Below are positions 10,165-20,282 of a stretch of 64,000 bases of DNA, in pieces. The translations under genes were made by a program, and so were the position numbers. The DNA is from Akkermansiaceae bacterium. GTDB lineage: Bacteria > Verrucomicrobiota > Verrucomicrobiia > Verrucomicrobiales > Akkermansiaceae. Below the pieces are notes generated by a model, which saw only the letters and a list, made by a program, of their open reading frames with translations, had not been told where the DNA came from and ran no database searches. How positions within the stretch are numbered: the first letter of the stretch is position 1; every line of letters starts with the position of its first letter. The DNA lies in NCBI GenBank assembly GCA_051251915.1, contig JBPOGF010000003.1, positions 160,001 through 224,000 of the forward strand, given 5' to 3'.

Positions 10165-11265
10165 ATGAAACTGTCTATAATTATACCAGTGTACAACGGA
10201 GCAAAGTTTCTAGAAGGAACCATAGGGATGTTGAAAAATTTTTTAATGACTGAGGTTGAGTTTATTATGGTGGATGATGGATCTACGGATAATTCGGTAG
10301 AAATTATTGAAACTTGCATTGAATTAGATACTAGGTTCCATGTTATCAAGAAAGAAAATGGCGGGGTCAATTCAGCTAGGAATGTAGGAATAGAAAATGC
10401 AAAGGGTGAATTGTTCTATTTTCTAGATTGCGATGATGTAGTTATTGTAAAGTCTCTATGTTGCGCGGTTAACAAAATGATGAGCGACCCATCATTGGAC
10501 TTGTTTCTCGCAGAGGTGTATTCAATTGATGAAAATGCAGAAATTATGCCACTTAATAAGTGGTCGAAAGATCATTTATATAGGCAGTTAGAGCTTTTGG
10601 CTGAATATTCTAAAATGTCATGGTTATTTGGTAATCCTATTGCTATTCATGCTGGTGTGTGGAGATCCTCAGTCGTTAAAAAAATAGGAGGATTTAATAC
10701 ACAACTCAAGCATTGGGAAGAACATGAAATGTATTGCCGAGCTGCTTGGAATAATGAACTTAAAATTCAGTGTGATAGAATAGAGCTAGGCTATTATCGG
10801 CGCCACCCTCACGGAGGTTCTTCATCAACCTCTATGTCTTCTGGGTATAAAAAATCCATAATGATGAGTATTATTAATGGTCAAGAATGGGAAAAACCAA
10901 TCCAAAGAGATGCGGTAGAAAGAATTTGCATGACCATTGACTTGATTCGTACTGATTTGTGCGATTCGCTTAATTCTATGCAAGAGCTATCTCATGCGAT
11001 TGATCATTTAGGATCAGAATTTGGAGTTGACCCCAAAAAATTACGTGAAGTATGTTTTTACACCCTTTCGCGTGAACCTCATTGCAGTTTGTTGTTAAAT
11101 GAAGTAGATGACTCAAGATTAGTTTCTTATGGGAGGGGGAGAGATTTTGTAAATTTAATAAAGGTGAAGGAATACAGACAAGGTCTATTTACTGCTCTAA
11201 AAGCTGTCTTAGTAAGACCTCTTGGTTTTTATAGAGGCCTGCAATCAAGATATAAAATTTTGTAA
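10165..11265 (+). CDS. Glycosyltransferase family 2
   Basis: SIIIPVYN, VDDGSTD, NGGVNSARNVG, FLDCDD. Confidence 0.9.
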   Translation: MKLSIIIPVYNGAKFLEGTIGMLKNFLMTEVEFIMVDDGSTDNSVEIIETCIELDTRFHVIKKENGGVNSARNVGIENAKGELFYFLDCDDVVIVKSLCCAVNKMMSDPSLDLFLAEVYSIDENAEIMPLNKWSKDHLYRQLELLAEYSKMSWLFGNPIAIHAGVWRSSVVKKIGGFNTQLKHWEEHEMYCRAAWNNELKIQCDRIELGYYRRHPHGGSSSTSMSSGYKKSIMMSIINGQEWEKPIQRDAVERICMTIDLIRTDLCDSLNSMQELSHAIDHLGSEFGVDPKKLREVCFYTLSREPHCSLLLNEVDDSRLVSYGRGRDFVNLIKVKEYRQGLFTALKAVLVRPLGFYRGLQSRYKIL

Positions 11266-11326
11266 TTATCCAGAAACATATGAAACCAAAGTGTTGAATA
11301 TGGTAATAAATTAAATTAAATAAAAA

Positions 11327-12817
11327 ATGAATACTAGTATTAAATCAACAGTGTATGTTATCATAGGAATATGTTTAGCCGTTATTTTTGGTTTTAATAT
11401 CATATCATCAGACCGTAATACGCTTGCTCAAGCCTATAAGTATGTACTAGCCATATCTTGTATCATCAGCATAATTAAACCAAGAACAGGTGTCTTTTTA
11501 TTACTATTCCAAACTGCATTTTTGGATTTGTTTAAGAGGTTTTTGATCGTTTTCGGTAATGTTTATATGAATGATCTCTATGTTATATTAGGAATAGCTC
11601 CCTTAACAATGTTGTGTATTATGGTTGGTACCTTCATCAAGAGAACCAGTAACAAAATAGAGCCGAGGCCAGGAGATTTTAAAAGACTAGTCATAGTGGT
11701 GGTATTGTTTTTAGTTCTTACTGCATTTACATTATTGTCTAGTACTACCGCAGATTCACAAACAGGTTTTGCTGGGATAGCAAACGCAGGAGCCTACGTG
11801 ACGCTAATCTATGTTATCCCTTTGTTGTTTAGGACGAGGGAAGATCTAAGAGGTTTACTAAAAACCTTCATACTCATCTACATTCCAGTGGCTATATATG
11901 GGATAATACAAGCTAAGCAGGGACTACAATCATGGGAACTGGAGTATTTAGAGTCTGGTTTAACCCAAGAAGTTAGGATTCTCTACGAGCAAGAAGCCTT
12001 GAGAGTATTTTCGACAATGAACGGAGCAGCAACGCTTTCAATATATGCATCGGTGCTTGGAGTAGGAGGGCTTCTTTTTATGGCCGCTAGGAATCAGAAT
12101 CTTGGAATCAATGGAAGGTTTAAACGACTGGCTCTATTCATGTTGTTAATTATTTGTGCTTACTATACGGTGAGTCGGGGTGGTTGGGTGTGTGGCATCA
12201 CTGTTGGGATAATGTGGGGGGTATACCGGAATAAAACATTGACCTGGGCAGCCTATGCTACTGCGATCTTGAGCTTTACGGCTGTAATTGTTTACTCAGA
12301 AGATTTAATGGAAACTACGATTCTAGCTGATCTGGAATATGATATGACAAGTAGTTTAGACACTGGAGATAGTGTTAATGAGAGGGCGCTTACGACGGGT
12401 ACTTTGAATGGCCGCTTAGAGAGTCTTGCGCAGCTTCATGATTCTGAAATGTGGACCCCTTTCGGATTAAAAATTGCTGACAAAGAACACGTGGGGGACT
12501 CATTTCGAGTTCACGATATATTGACAGATACTCTGATGAGAATTGGATATATACCTATTACACTGCTTCTGATCGGTGCAGTATTCTTCTTAATTAAGGC
12601 TCACATGCTGTCGTGGAACCAGGGCGATATTCACACCCGAAGAATGGCATATTGGCTCTATGCAATGCTTTTTGGTGTATTTGTGGGATCAATAGCAAAC
12701 CCTGCGCAGCTACGTACATTCCCAGTGAACATATTGTTTTTTCTCTTGCTTGGGGTGACGATATCTTTGCTGATTAATATTGATAATAACCAAAAACAAA
12801 CAATTGAGGAGAAATAG
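11327..12817 (+). CDS. Putative polysaccharide polymerase (Wzy/O-antigen ligase family)
   Basis: Polytopic membrane protein, R-x-F-S-T, SRGGW, large periplasmic loop followed by HD..TD. Confidence 0.7.
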   Translation: MNTSIKSTVYVIIGICLAVIFGFNIISSDRNTLAQAYKYVLAISCIISIIKPRTGVFLLLFQTAFLDLFKRFLIVFGNVYMNDLYVILGIAPLTMLCIMVGTFIKRTSNKIEPRPGDFKRLVIVVVLFLVLTAFTLLSSTTADSQTGFAGIANAGAYVTLIYVIPLLFRTREDLRGLLKTFILIYIPVAIYGIIQAKQGLQSWELEYLESGLTQEVRILYEQEALRVFSTMNGAATLSIYASVLGVGGLLFMAARNQNLGINGRFKRLALFMLLIICAYYTVSRGGWVCGITVGIMWGVYRNKTLTWAAYATAILSFTAVIVYSEDLMETTILADLEYDMTSSLDTGDSVNERALTTGTLNGRLESLAQLHDSEMWTPFGLKIADKEHVGDSFRVHDILTDTLMRIGYIPITLLLIGAVFFLIKAHMLSWNQGDIHTRRMAYWLYAMLFGVFVGSIANPAQLRTFPVNILFFLLLGVTISLLINIDNNQKQTIEEK

Positions 12818-12819
12818 CA

Positions 12820-13860
12820 ATGAGTAAAATATTACTACCTATATCGTTGGATCGAGTAAGATCTCCTATATCGACACTATTGCGCTACATTGCTTTGTCC
12901 TTGCCTGAACATAGTTTTGTAGGTGGTTCAAATCCGAGTGATGGCGTTGATGCTGAGTGTGCGAAAGAATTATGGCAACAAAATCATATACGGTCTGCTA
13001 GCCCATTTGAAATGGCTATGATGCGATTCGATATTGTTCATCACGCCTCAGCAACCCCCAAAAATCTAGCAGCAGCGCGGCTGGCAAAAATACGAAGTTT
13101 AGGTAAGGTAAAACATATATTTACGGCCAACTGCGAACCTTATTCTACGGATCCGTATTTAAAGTATATGAAGCGATCTTTAGAGAAAGCTGATGTTGTA
13201 GTAGCTGTAAGCGAGGCAGTGGCTAGAGGGGTAAAGGAGTATACGGGGCGCAACGTAGACTGTGTTATACCAAATGGTTTTGATGAACTATTTTATACAT
13301 TACCTGAGAATTACGAATCCAGCGAAAGGCCTTTTTTCTTATTTTGTGCTCAGATCTTAGATCGTAAGAACCCCGATTTTTTCTTAGATTTAGCAGGAGA
13401 GCATCCTGAGTGTGATTTTGTTATGGTTGGGAATAACCCATATCCTGATTCAGAGTTTGCCAAAAGTATTATGAAGCGGGTAAGCGAGTTAGATAATGTT
13501 AAACACTTGGGAATGAGGTCTAGAGTTGAGTTAAGGGAGTTGATGCAACAAGCGACTGCTCTTCTTTTTCCATCAGACTATGAGGGGCTTCCTTTAACTG
13601 TTGTTGAGGCAATGGGGTGCGGGTGTCCTGTTATTGCTCAGCCTAAGAGCTCTTTACCAGAAGTGATACAACACAATAATACAGGATGGTTGTATCTTAT
13701 AGAAGAGTCTGCCTCTTGGAAAAAAACCATTGCGAAGCTGCTGTCTATGACTGATGATGAGCGTCATGCATTTGCGTCTACAGTTCGCAATTCTGTGGTT
13801 GAAAAGTTCACGTGGAGTACCATTGCGAGATTATATGGCGAGCTGTATGCACGGGCGTAG
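12820..13860 (+). CDS. Glycosyltransferase family 4
   Basis: VIPNG, FPSDYEGLPLTVVEAMGCGCPVI, SLPEV. Confidence 0.9.
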   Translation: MSKILLPISLDRVRSPISTLLRYIALSLPEHSFVGGSNPSDGVDAECAKELWQQNHIRSASPFEMAMMRFDIVHHASATPKNLAAARLAKIRSLGKVKHIFTANCEPYSTDPYLKYMKRSLEKADVVVAVSEAVARGVKEYTGRNVDCVIPNGFDELFYTLPENYESSERPFFLFCAQILDRKNPDFFLDLAGEHPECDFVMVGNNPYPDSEFAKSIMKRVSELDNVKHLGMRSRVELRELMQQATALLFPSDYEGLPLTVVEAMGCGCPVIAQPKSSLPEVIQHNNTGWLYLIEESASWKKTIAKLLSMTDDERHAFASTVRNSVVEKFTWSTIARLYGELYARA

Positions 13861-13885
13861 AGGATTAAAGAATCTAAGAATTTTC

Positions 13886-14617
13886 ATGAAATTATATATG
13901 AAGTATAAATCAGTAAAGCATAGCGTTAGAGAGTATTTTAGTCATAGTGCTACAGGTGTAAAGTTCTTGTCTTGGTTTGGTTCTTGGAGGTCAGGCCTAG
14001 TGAAGAGAGATTCAAGGATCTGCATCGAGGCGTATCCGCGCTCAGCAAATACCTATTCTGTGGCGGCTTTTAAGATCAGTCAGGACGATATGGGGAGCCA
14101 TATAGCGAGGCATAGCCACATGGCTGGGCAGGTGAAGTTAGCTTTAAATTATGAAATCCCCTGTCTGGTTGTGATTCGCGAACCACTAGCGGCAGCTTCT
14201 AGTTTGGCGGTTTTTGCTCCGTATTTATCAGTAAAGCAATGTTTAAAATCCTATATCCAATTTTATCAATCAATTTGGGCTGATCGAGACCGTTTCGTAT
14301 GTGTTAAATTTGAAACTGTGGTGGAGAGTTATGACCAAATCATACAGCAGTTAAATAAGAAATATTCACTGGATCTTAAAGGTTTTGAATCAAACGACGA
14401 GATGGAGAAAAGTTGTTTTGAGTTGGTCGAAGAAATGGATAGGATATATAGTAAATCTGAAGAGATCACACCAACAAAGGTAGCTCGCCCTAATGAAGAT
14501 CGGACGAAGCTAAATGAGGTTGCTAAACAAGAGCTAAAGCAGGAGAAATACAAAAATCTGTTGTTCGAGGCACAAGAATTGTATGAAAAGTATCTTGAAT
14601 ACATAGAGGGTCGATAG
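13886..14617 (+). CDS. Sulfotransferase-like protein
   Basis: CIEAYPRSANTY resembles the 5'-PSB loop (PRS-x-x-T); VIREP..AASS resembles the 3'-PB motif; VKFE; start chosen after the upstream stop. Confidence 0.55.
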   Translation: MKLYMKYKSVKHSVREYFSHSATGVKFLSWFGSWRSGLVKRDSRICIEAYPRSANTYSVAAFKISQDDMGSHIARHSHMAGQVKLALNYEIPCLVVIREPLAAASSLAVFAPYLSVKQCLKSYIQFYQSIWADRDRFVCVKFETVVESYDQIIQQLNKKYSLDLKGFESNDEMEKSCFELVEEMDRIYSKSEEITPTKVARPNEDRTKLNEVAKQELKQEKYKNLLFEAQELYEKYLEYIEGR

Positions 14618-14699
14618 TAATAATGCCCGTAATACCATAGGTATATTGGTGGATACAATGTTCAGTATAAAAATAGAAAATTCACTCGAACAATAAAAT

Positions 14700-16121
14700 A
14701 TGAGATCAGATAAAAAAAGTGGTTTAAAGACTCAAGTTTTACAAGTGGTTGATGCGATGTTAGTGGTGTTCGCATTTATGGTGTCTTGGCTACTCTGGAA
14801 TGGCGGTCTTATGCAAGTTGCTGCTGCCACTGGCTGGTTTCGGGTAGATACGGACGAGCTGATGTCTTTCGCGTTGATTTTGCCATCTCTTTACTTACTT
14901 GTGCCATTTATTCCACTGGGTTTGGAAAGTGCCCAGTTTTATAAATTCTGTGGTAGGCAGAGTAAAGTCAGAGCCTTTTTTAAGGTGTTGCAGGGACACG
15001 GCATAGTATTGATCTTTTATTTGTTTCTAGCATTAGTGGTTAAGCTAGATCCCCATCGTCCAACACTTGGATTAGGTGTGTTTTTCTCTGTAATCTTTAT
15101 TTGGGTAAGAGAGATGCTATACCTCTATTGGTTTAGGTATAAATTGGAGAAAGGTATTGGGAAACAGAGATTAATAATGGCTGCGAATAATCATGATGCA
15201 GAGAGCTGGTGGAATGAGCTAGGGGAGGATGTTAGAGATAGGTTTGAGCAAGTAGGCCGTTTTAATCTTAATGAGCATACAGTCGATGATTTACGAATAC
15301 TTCTCATTGAAAAAGCGGCAGAAAAGGTCGTTTTTCTCGTGAATGATGTTTCGTTTGAAAAGGTTACAAAGGCAGTAGAAGAGTGTGAGATCCAAGGAGT
15401 GGATGTGTGGCTTGCAGCTGATTTTGTGCGTGCTAGGATATGTCAGCCTAGTTTTGATTACCTGGGATCAAAACCGATGCTGGTGCTAAGTTCGACCCCT
15501 AGCCTTTCATGGGCTCTGCTTGCAAAGGATGTGCAAGACAGGTTAGGGGCATTGATCTTAATTGTGTTTACGAGCCCATTGTGGCTACTAGCCTACATTG
15601 GAGTTAAGATTCAGAGTCCGGGACCGGTCATTTATAAACAAGAGCGTGCTGGGAGATACGGACACCCGTTTAAGATCTGGAAATTCCGCTCTATGTATAT
15701 GGATGCTGATAAGAAACTTGAAGAGTTAAAAAGAGAGCAGGGAAATCAAATGTCTGGACCAGTCTTTAAACTCGACCAAGATCCGCGGATCTTTTCTTTT
15801 GGGAAGTTTATCCGTAGATATAGTATTGATGAATTACCGCAGCTCATCAATGTATTAGTAGGCGACATGAGCTTGGTGGGTCCACGACCGATGGCAATGT
15901 ACGAAATCCCAGAAATTGAAAAATCTGAGCACCGAAGAAAACTTAGCATCAAGCCAGGAATCACTTGTATCTGGCAAGTTGAAGGGCGAAATACGATATC
16001 CGATTTTGATGAGTGGGTGCAGTTAGACTTAAAATATATTGATAATTGGTCGCTCTGGTTGGATTTAAAAATTTTATTAAAGACAATCCCCGCGGTCTTT
16101 TTTTCGAAAGGAGCCAAATAG
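14700..16121 (+). CDS. Priming polyprenyl glycosylphosphotransferase (WcaJ/EpsB-like sugar transferase)
   Basis: N-terminal TM segments; KFRSM, DPRI...G.FIRRYSIDELPQLINVL.GDMSLVGPRP, KPGITC.WQV.GRN, DLKYIDNWSLWLD. Confidence 0.93.
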   Translation: MRSDKKSGLKTQVLQVVDAMLVVFAFMVSWLLWNGGLMQVAAATGWFRVDTDELMSFALILPSLYLLVPFIPLGLESAQFYKFCGRQSKVRAFFKVLQGHGIVLIFYLFLALVVKLDPHRPTLGLGVFFSVIFIWVREMLYLYWFRYKLEKGIGKQRLIMAANNHDAESWWNELGEDVRDRFEQVGRFNLNEHTVDDLRILLIEKAAEKVVFLVNDVSFEKVTKAVEECEIQGVDVWLAADFVRARICQPSFDYLGSKPMLVLSSTPSLSWALLAKDVQDRLGALILIVFTSPLWLLAYIGVKIQSPGPVIYKQERAGRYGHPFKIWKFRSMYMDADKKLEELKREQGNQMSGPVFKLDQDPRIFSFGKFIRRYSIDELPQLINVLVGDMSLVGPRPMAMYEIPEIEKSEHRRKLSIKPGITCIWQVEGRNTISDFDEWVQLDLKYIDNWSLWLDLKILLKTIPAVFFSKGAK

Positions 16122-16126
16122 TATAG

Positions 16127-16375
16127 ATGAAAAACCGTTTAAACAAAATAGGCTATTTAATTATATCTAGGTTAGGCCAGAAAATTATAGATAATAAAAC
16201 TGGGGAAAAGTTAGGTAGGGCACTGGTCTTTTATTGGGGGGGGCAGCTTCATATTATAGGTTACACGGGAAAGCCGCTAGTAGTTCGCTGGGCGAAAAGT
16301 GATAAACTCAGATACTGGCATAGCAGCCTGATTTTTAGAGCACAAGAAGAAGCTGATTTTGAAAGAACAAAATAA
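16127..16375 (+). CDS. Small basic hypothetical protein
   Basis: ATG 5 nt after the upstream stop; overlaps the next ORF; fills an operon gap. Confidence 0.6.
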   Translation: MKNRLNKIGYLIISRLGQKIIDNKTGEKLGRALVFYWGGQLHIIGYTGKPLVVRWAKSDKLRYWHSSLIFRAQEEADFERTK

Positions 16376-17111
16376 AATATTATGCTGTGTATTGACGCAT
16401 CAACTACCAAATGAGGTGATGCAGATGAGCGCTTACTGGACAAAGTTGTTTCCAGAACAAGAGTTAGTAATTCTGTATGGTGGTAAAAAGAGTAATTATG
16501 ATTTAATAGAATGGCCTCTTAAATCTTATATTAATGATCCGGGTTTGAAAACGAAAGATCATCAACGTGAGCGACAGACTTATTGGCAAGTTTATAGCAA
16601 CATTACTCAATTTGTGAGGCCTGATCATGACTTGGTATTTTTTACTGAATTTGATCAGATACCCAGTGGGGAAGATTCTTTGTTGAGGCTTTGTCAGATC
16701 AAGGAACAAGAAGATTCTGATATATTGTGCTATAATCTTATGAGGGTGGATGACACTAATCATCCGCATTATATATATCACTTAGCACAAACCGACCTAC
16801 TAGTGCAAATTAGAGCAATCTCTATGCGCTCAGATCCTAGTGTGGTGTTAACTTGTTCAGGTTTTGGTCATCTATGGTCCAGAGAGGCCTTTATGAAGGT
16901 AGCTAGTGTTGAATACACTAGTAGGATCTATTTAGAGCTATGGTTTCCGACTGTTGCTCACCATCTGGGCTATAGAGTCAGGGATGTGGGTAATATAGAG
17001 AACTCGTATAATTTGACTAGCGGAGACATGACGAAGGATAGGAAGAGGATGTCAGCCGAAGGTGCTATTTTTGTGCATCCAGTAAAATTTCTATGGAGTG
17101 GAGATGAATAG
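16359..17111 (+). CDS. Hypothetical protein (possible divergent glycosyltransferase)
   Basis: 250-aa ORF within the operon; LVFFTEFD resembles a strand plus DxD-like motif. Confidence 0.6.
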   Translation: MKEQNKILCCVLTHQLPNEVMQMSAYWTKLFPEQELVILYGGKKSNYDLIEWPLKSYINDPGLKTKDHQRERQTYWQVYSNITQFVRPDHDLVFFTEFDQIPSGEDSLLRLCQIKEQEDSDILCYNLMRVDDTNHPHYIYHLAQTDLLVQIRAISMRSDPSVVLTCSGFGHLWSREAFMKVASVEYTSRIYLELWFPTVAHHLGYRVRDVGNIENSYNLTSGDMTKDRKRMSAEGAIFVHPVKFLWSGDE

Positions 17112-17153
17112 AGCGGATTCAGCTTAGGCGTATTGTAGGTAAAAGATGTTAAA

Positions 17154-19349
17154 ATGATTACAGATAAACCAAATAAATTTTACCTAACCGTAGAGATCCT
17201 AGTGTCTATAGGATTGGCTCTATCATTCCTGTATTCAGGGGTTATGGCAACTACGTTTTCATCAGCAAACCAATCAATTGGTGTTGCAGGGATAGTGCTA
17301 TCTAGCTCCATCGGTATTCTTGTGCTGGGCCGTAAACCGCGAATTAATCTCTCTACATACATATTCTTTGTTATTGCTTGGTTGTATTTCATTGTGAGAG
17401 CACACTTTTCCGACGTTCGTGAATATGCGAATCAAGACCTTATGCTTATTCTATCAGCAGGAATGGTATTTTTGGTACAAGTTCATTTAGGTTGGAGTAG
17501 ATGTGTTAAGGTTGGTGTTTTGTCAGGAATTGGTCTTGTTTTCTTTATAAATCTGCTCATGTTTATTCCCCAAGTAAACTCTTTTAGAGATGGCTTATTA
17601 GATTATGCGAATGGTTCTCCTGTAACAGGTCTATTTAATCATCGGAATTTTTTCTCGAATTTCATGGGGATGGTGTCTTGTTTTCTTTTTACTGTCACAT
17701 TCTTCAGGTGTCATGGACTAGTGAAAATCATTTGCTTTTTGATGGCGTTTCTAGGCTTTGCTGCCGTATTCGCTTCAAAAAATAGAGGTGTTGCACTAGC
17801 TGTCCTAGTGGTGATTTTTGCGGTCGTAATTTGTAAGATGATGCTGCGTCACGACTCCAAAAAACAAAAATTGATTATGTCATTATTAAGTGTGGGCCTT
17901 ATTGGTGCATTAATGTTTTTTGGAGCCAAGTTGGGTCAAGAACGTGCCGGTGAGTTGAAAGCAGATAATATGATGCACTCTAATGGAAGAATTGAGTGCT
18001 GGTCTATGGCTGTCTCACAAATTCCTGACAACATGATTTTTGGTAGTGGCAGCAGGAGTTTTGAATATAAGTCGTATGCATACTGGTCTGATGGTCTCAG
18101 TTGGCTCAAGTATAATATGAAATTTGTACATAATGAGTATTTACAGATAATGACAGATTATGGCGTTATTGGATTAATCTTGTTTCTGATCTTGCTTTTA
18201 TCAATTATCATCTATGCGCTTACTAAAGTATTGCAGAATAAGGATGAATCCATTGCTGGTTGGTCTATGGCGGCTATATCTGTTTTATCGGTGATGCTAA
18301 TACACTCGTGCGTTTCATTTCCTGCACACGGTTTTGTTAACCTCATTACATGTGTGTATTTATTGGGGTTTATTTTTACTCAGATCGGAGAGGATGACGA
18401 TAATATGAGAACCAAAAGCTCATTTTATATGAATGGAATAATGGTTATTGGGGTGTTTATCTTTTCCTTTGGCGTGATTATTAATTCCGTCAAAGCGGCT
18501 AAAACTCTATGGAATCATGGCATAGTGGGTGATGATCTTAACTGGGGAGTTCAGGACGCAGATGATAAAGATTGGCAAATGGCTTTAGAGATACTTGTGA
18601 GTGAATCCCCGACCTTTTCTAGATGGAATAAATTAGGTGTGATTTATTTAGATCAAGCTGAGTCCCTTGAAGAATCGATTGATTATCAAAATGTCATCAA
18701 GAAGTCCGAAAATGCTTTTCGTAATAGTTTGAAGTTACATGGAAACGAACCTATTACACCGTATAATTTGGCAAGAGTCTTAATACTCCAGAAAAAGTAT
18801 CAGGAAGCTGAACAGGTGTATTTAGAAATGGGTGAAGAGTCTCGGAACAGACCTAGTTTATTGAAATATGACCTCAGATTATCGCAGCTCTATTTTAATT
18901 GGGCGTTGGAATATTTTAATAATAATGATTTAGATAAATCACATGAGAAATTGGAAAATGCCAAACAGCACCGCATTAGGTATTTCCTTGTTATGGGCGA
19001 ACGTTACTCAGAGGATATTAGAAATGCTCAACTGCAAGAGTTTCTACTAGAATCCAAGCTGAACTACGCAAATGGTGAAATAGAAGCATCAATCGCTTCA
19101 TTGAATCAATATGTATCATTAGCTTTGAATTTATCGTGGATGTCTGATACACAAATTGAGGACTGTGCTGATAACGTTTATCAGTTTGCATACAGTATCT
19201 GGCTTAAAAAGCGTTTACCGACTGAGGCTAAAACATTATTTTTAAAGTCAGGGGAGCTGTATAGTCGTATTTCTAATAAGAGTCATCTGCAAGAGAGAAC
19301 TAACAAGATAGAGAATTTTCTAGAAATACTAAGAGTGGCAGGCTTCTAG
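17154..19349 (+). CDS. O-antigen ligase-family membrane protein with C-terminal TPR-like domain
   Basis: GLFNHRNFF, SKNRG, GR..W....I......FGSG.RSF, HNEYLQ...DYG.IG, H.C.SFP.H; helical YNLA-containing C-terminus. Confidence 0.85.
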   Translation: MITDKPNKFYLTVEILVSIGLALSFLYSGVMATTFSSANQSIGVAGIVLSSSIGILVLGRKPRINLSTYIFFVIAWLYFIVRAHFSDVREYANQDLMLILSAGMVFLVQVHLGWSRCVKVGVLSGIGLVFFINLLMFIPQVNSFRDGLLDYANGSPVTGLFNHRNFFSNFMGMVSCFLFTVTFFRCHGLVKIICFLMAFLGFAAVFASKNRGVALAVLVVIFAVVICKMMLRHDSKKQKLIMSLLSVGLIGALMFFGAKLGQERAGELKADNMMHSNGRIECWSMAVSQIPDNMIFGSGSRSFEYKSYAYWSDGLSWLKYNMKFVHNEYLQIMTDYGVIGLILFLILLLSIIIYALTKVLQNKDESIAGWSMAAISVLSVMLIHSCVSFPAHGFVNLITCVYLLGFIFTQIGEDDDNMRTKSSFYMNGIMVIGVFIFSFGVIINSVKAAKTLWNHGIVGDDLNWGVQDADDKDWQMALEILVSESPTFSRWNKLGVIYLDQAESLEESIDYQNVIKKSENAFRNSLKLHGNEPITPYNLARVLILQKKYQEAEQVYLEMGEESRNRPSLLKYDLRLSQLYFNWALEYFNNNDLDKSHEKLENAKQHRIRYFLVMGERYSEDIRNAQLQEFLLESKLNYANGEIEASIASLNQYVSLALNLSWMSDTQIEDCADNVYQFAYSIWLKKRLPTEAKTLFLKSGELYSRISNKSHLQERTNKIENFLEILRVAGF

Positions 19350-19385
19350 GAGGCGGCGGATAATATTAATTGATTAAAGTTATTT

Positions 19386-20282
19386 ATGAGTGATTTACGA
19401 AAACTAAATATAGTGCTGATAGGATTAATATCGTGCATATTAGTCTATCTGTATGGGTTTGTGCCGATCTACCCTGGAGCCAATGATTTGGCATTATTTA
19501 CTTGGCTGAAGAACTCTTGGAATGTGGAGACTAACTATGAACACGGTTGGGTCGTCTTTCCTGCAGTGGCATTGTTGATTTACACTGAGAGAGAGAAAAT
19601 CAGGTCAGTCGCAGTTCAGAAGGGTAGAATTGGGCTAATTATTTTAATATTTGGTCTTCTTTTATATTTGGCGGCAATGAGAGCTAGTCAACCAAGGTTG
19701 GCCTTTTTTGGGCTCTCATTTATTTTATATGGGATGATGCATTTTGCGCAGGGATGGCAGAGAGCAAAACACGTAATATTTGCAGTATTTTTCATCTACT
19801 TTGCGATCCCTATGCCCGGGTTACAGCAAGCGACCAATGGACTCCAATTAATCGTATCAAAATCGTGTTTCGTCGTGGGTGGTATTGTCGGTTATGAGTT
19901 AGTTCAAGTTGGAAACACTATCAAATCCGTTAGTGGCTCCTGGGATGGGTTTGATATAGCAGAGGGTTGTAGTGGAATACGCTCTCTCATCGCTCTTATT
20001 ATGGTAACAGCAGTGTATGCGCAATACACTCAGCAAAAGCTTTGGAAAAAGGCCGTTATATTTTTATCTGCATTTCCTTTGGCTATATTTGGAAATTTCT
20101 TAAGGATATTTACCATTATTGTCATTGCTGAGATGGGCTATTCAGATTTTGCAGCTAATCTTTATCACGATTGGGCAGGGATGCTCATATTCTTCCCCGT
20201 TTCTCTGACTGGAGTGTTCATCATGGATAAGCTAATTAATATAAATAAAAGGAAAAGAGTAAGTAGGAGGGAAGTGTCATGA
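19386..20282 (+). CDS. Exosortase (EpsH/Xrt family transpeptidase)
   Basis: YEHG, IAEGCSGIRSL (Cys), N.LRI (Arg), YHDWAG (His); multiple TM segments. Confidence 0.93.
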   Translation: MSDLRKLNIVLIGLISCILVYLYGFVPIYPGANDLALFTWLKNSWNVETNYEHGWVVFPAVALLIYTEREKIRSVAVQKGRIGLIILIFGLLLYLAAMRASQPRLAFFGLSFILYGMMHFAQGWQRAKHVIFAVFFIYFAIPMPGLQQATNGLQLIVSKSCFVVGGIVGYELVQVGNTIKSVSGSWDGFDIAEGCSGIRSLIALIMVTAVYAQYTQQKLWKKAVIFLSAFPLAIFGNFLRIFTIIVIAEMGYSDFAANLYHDWAGMLIFFPVSLTGVFIMDKLININKRKRVSRREVS

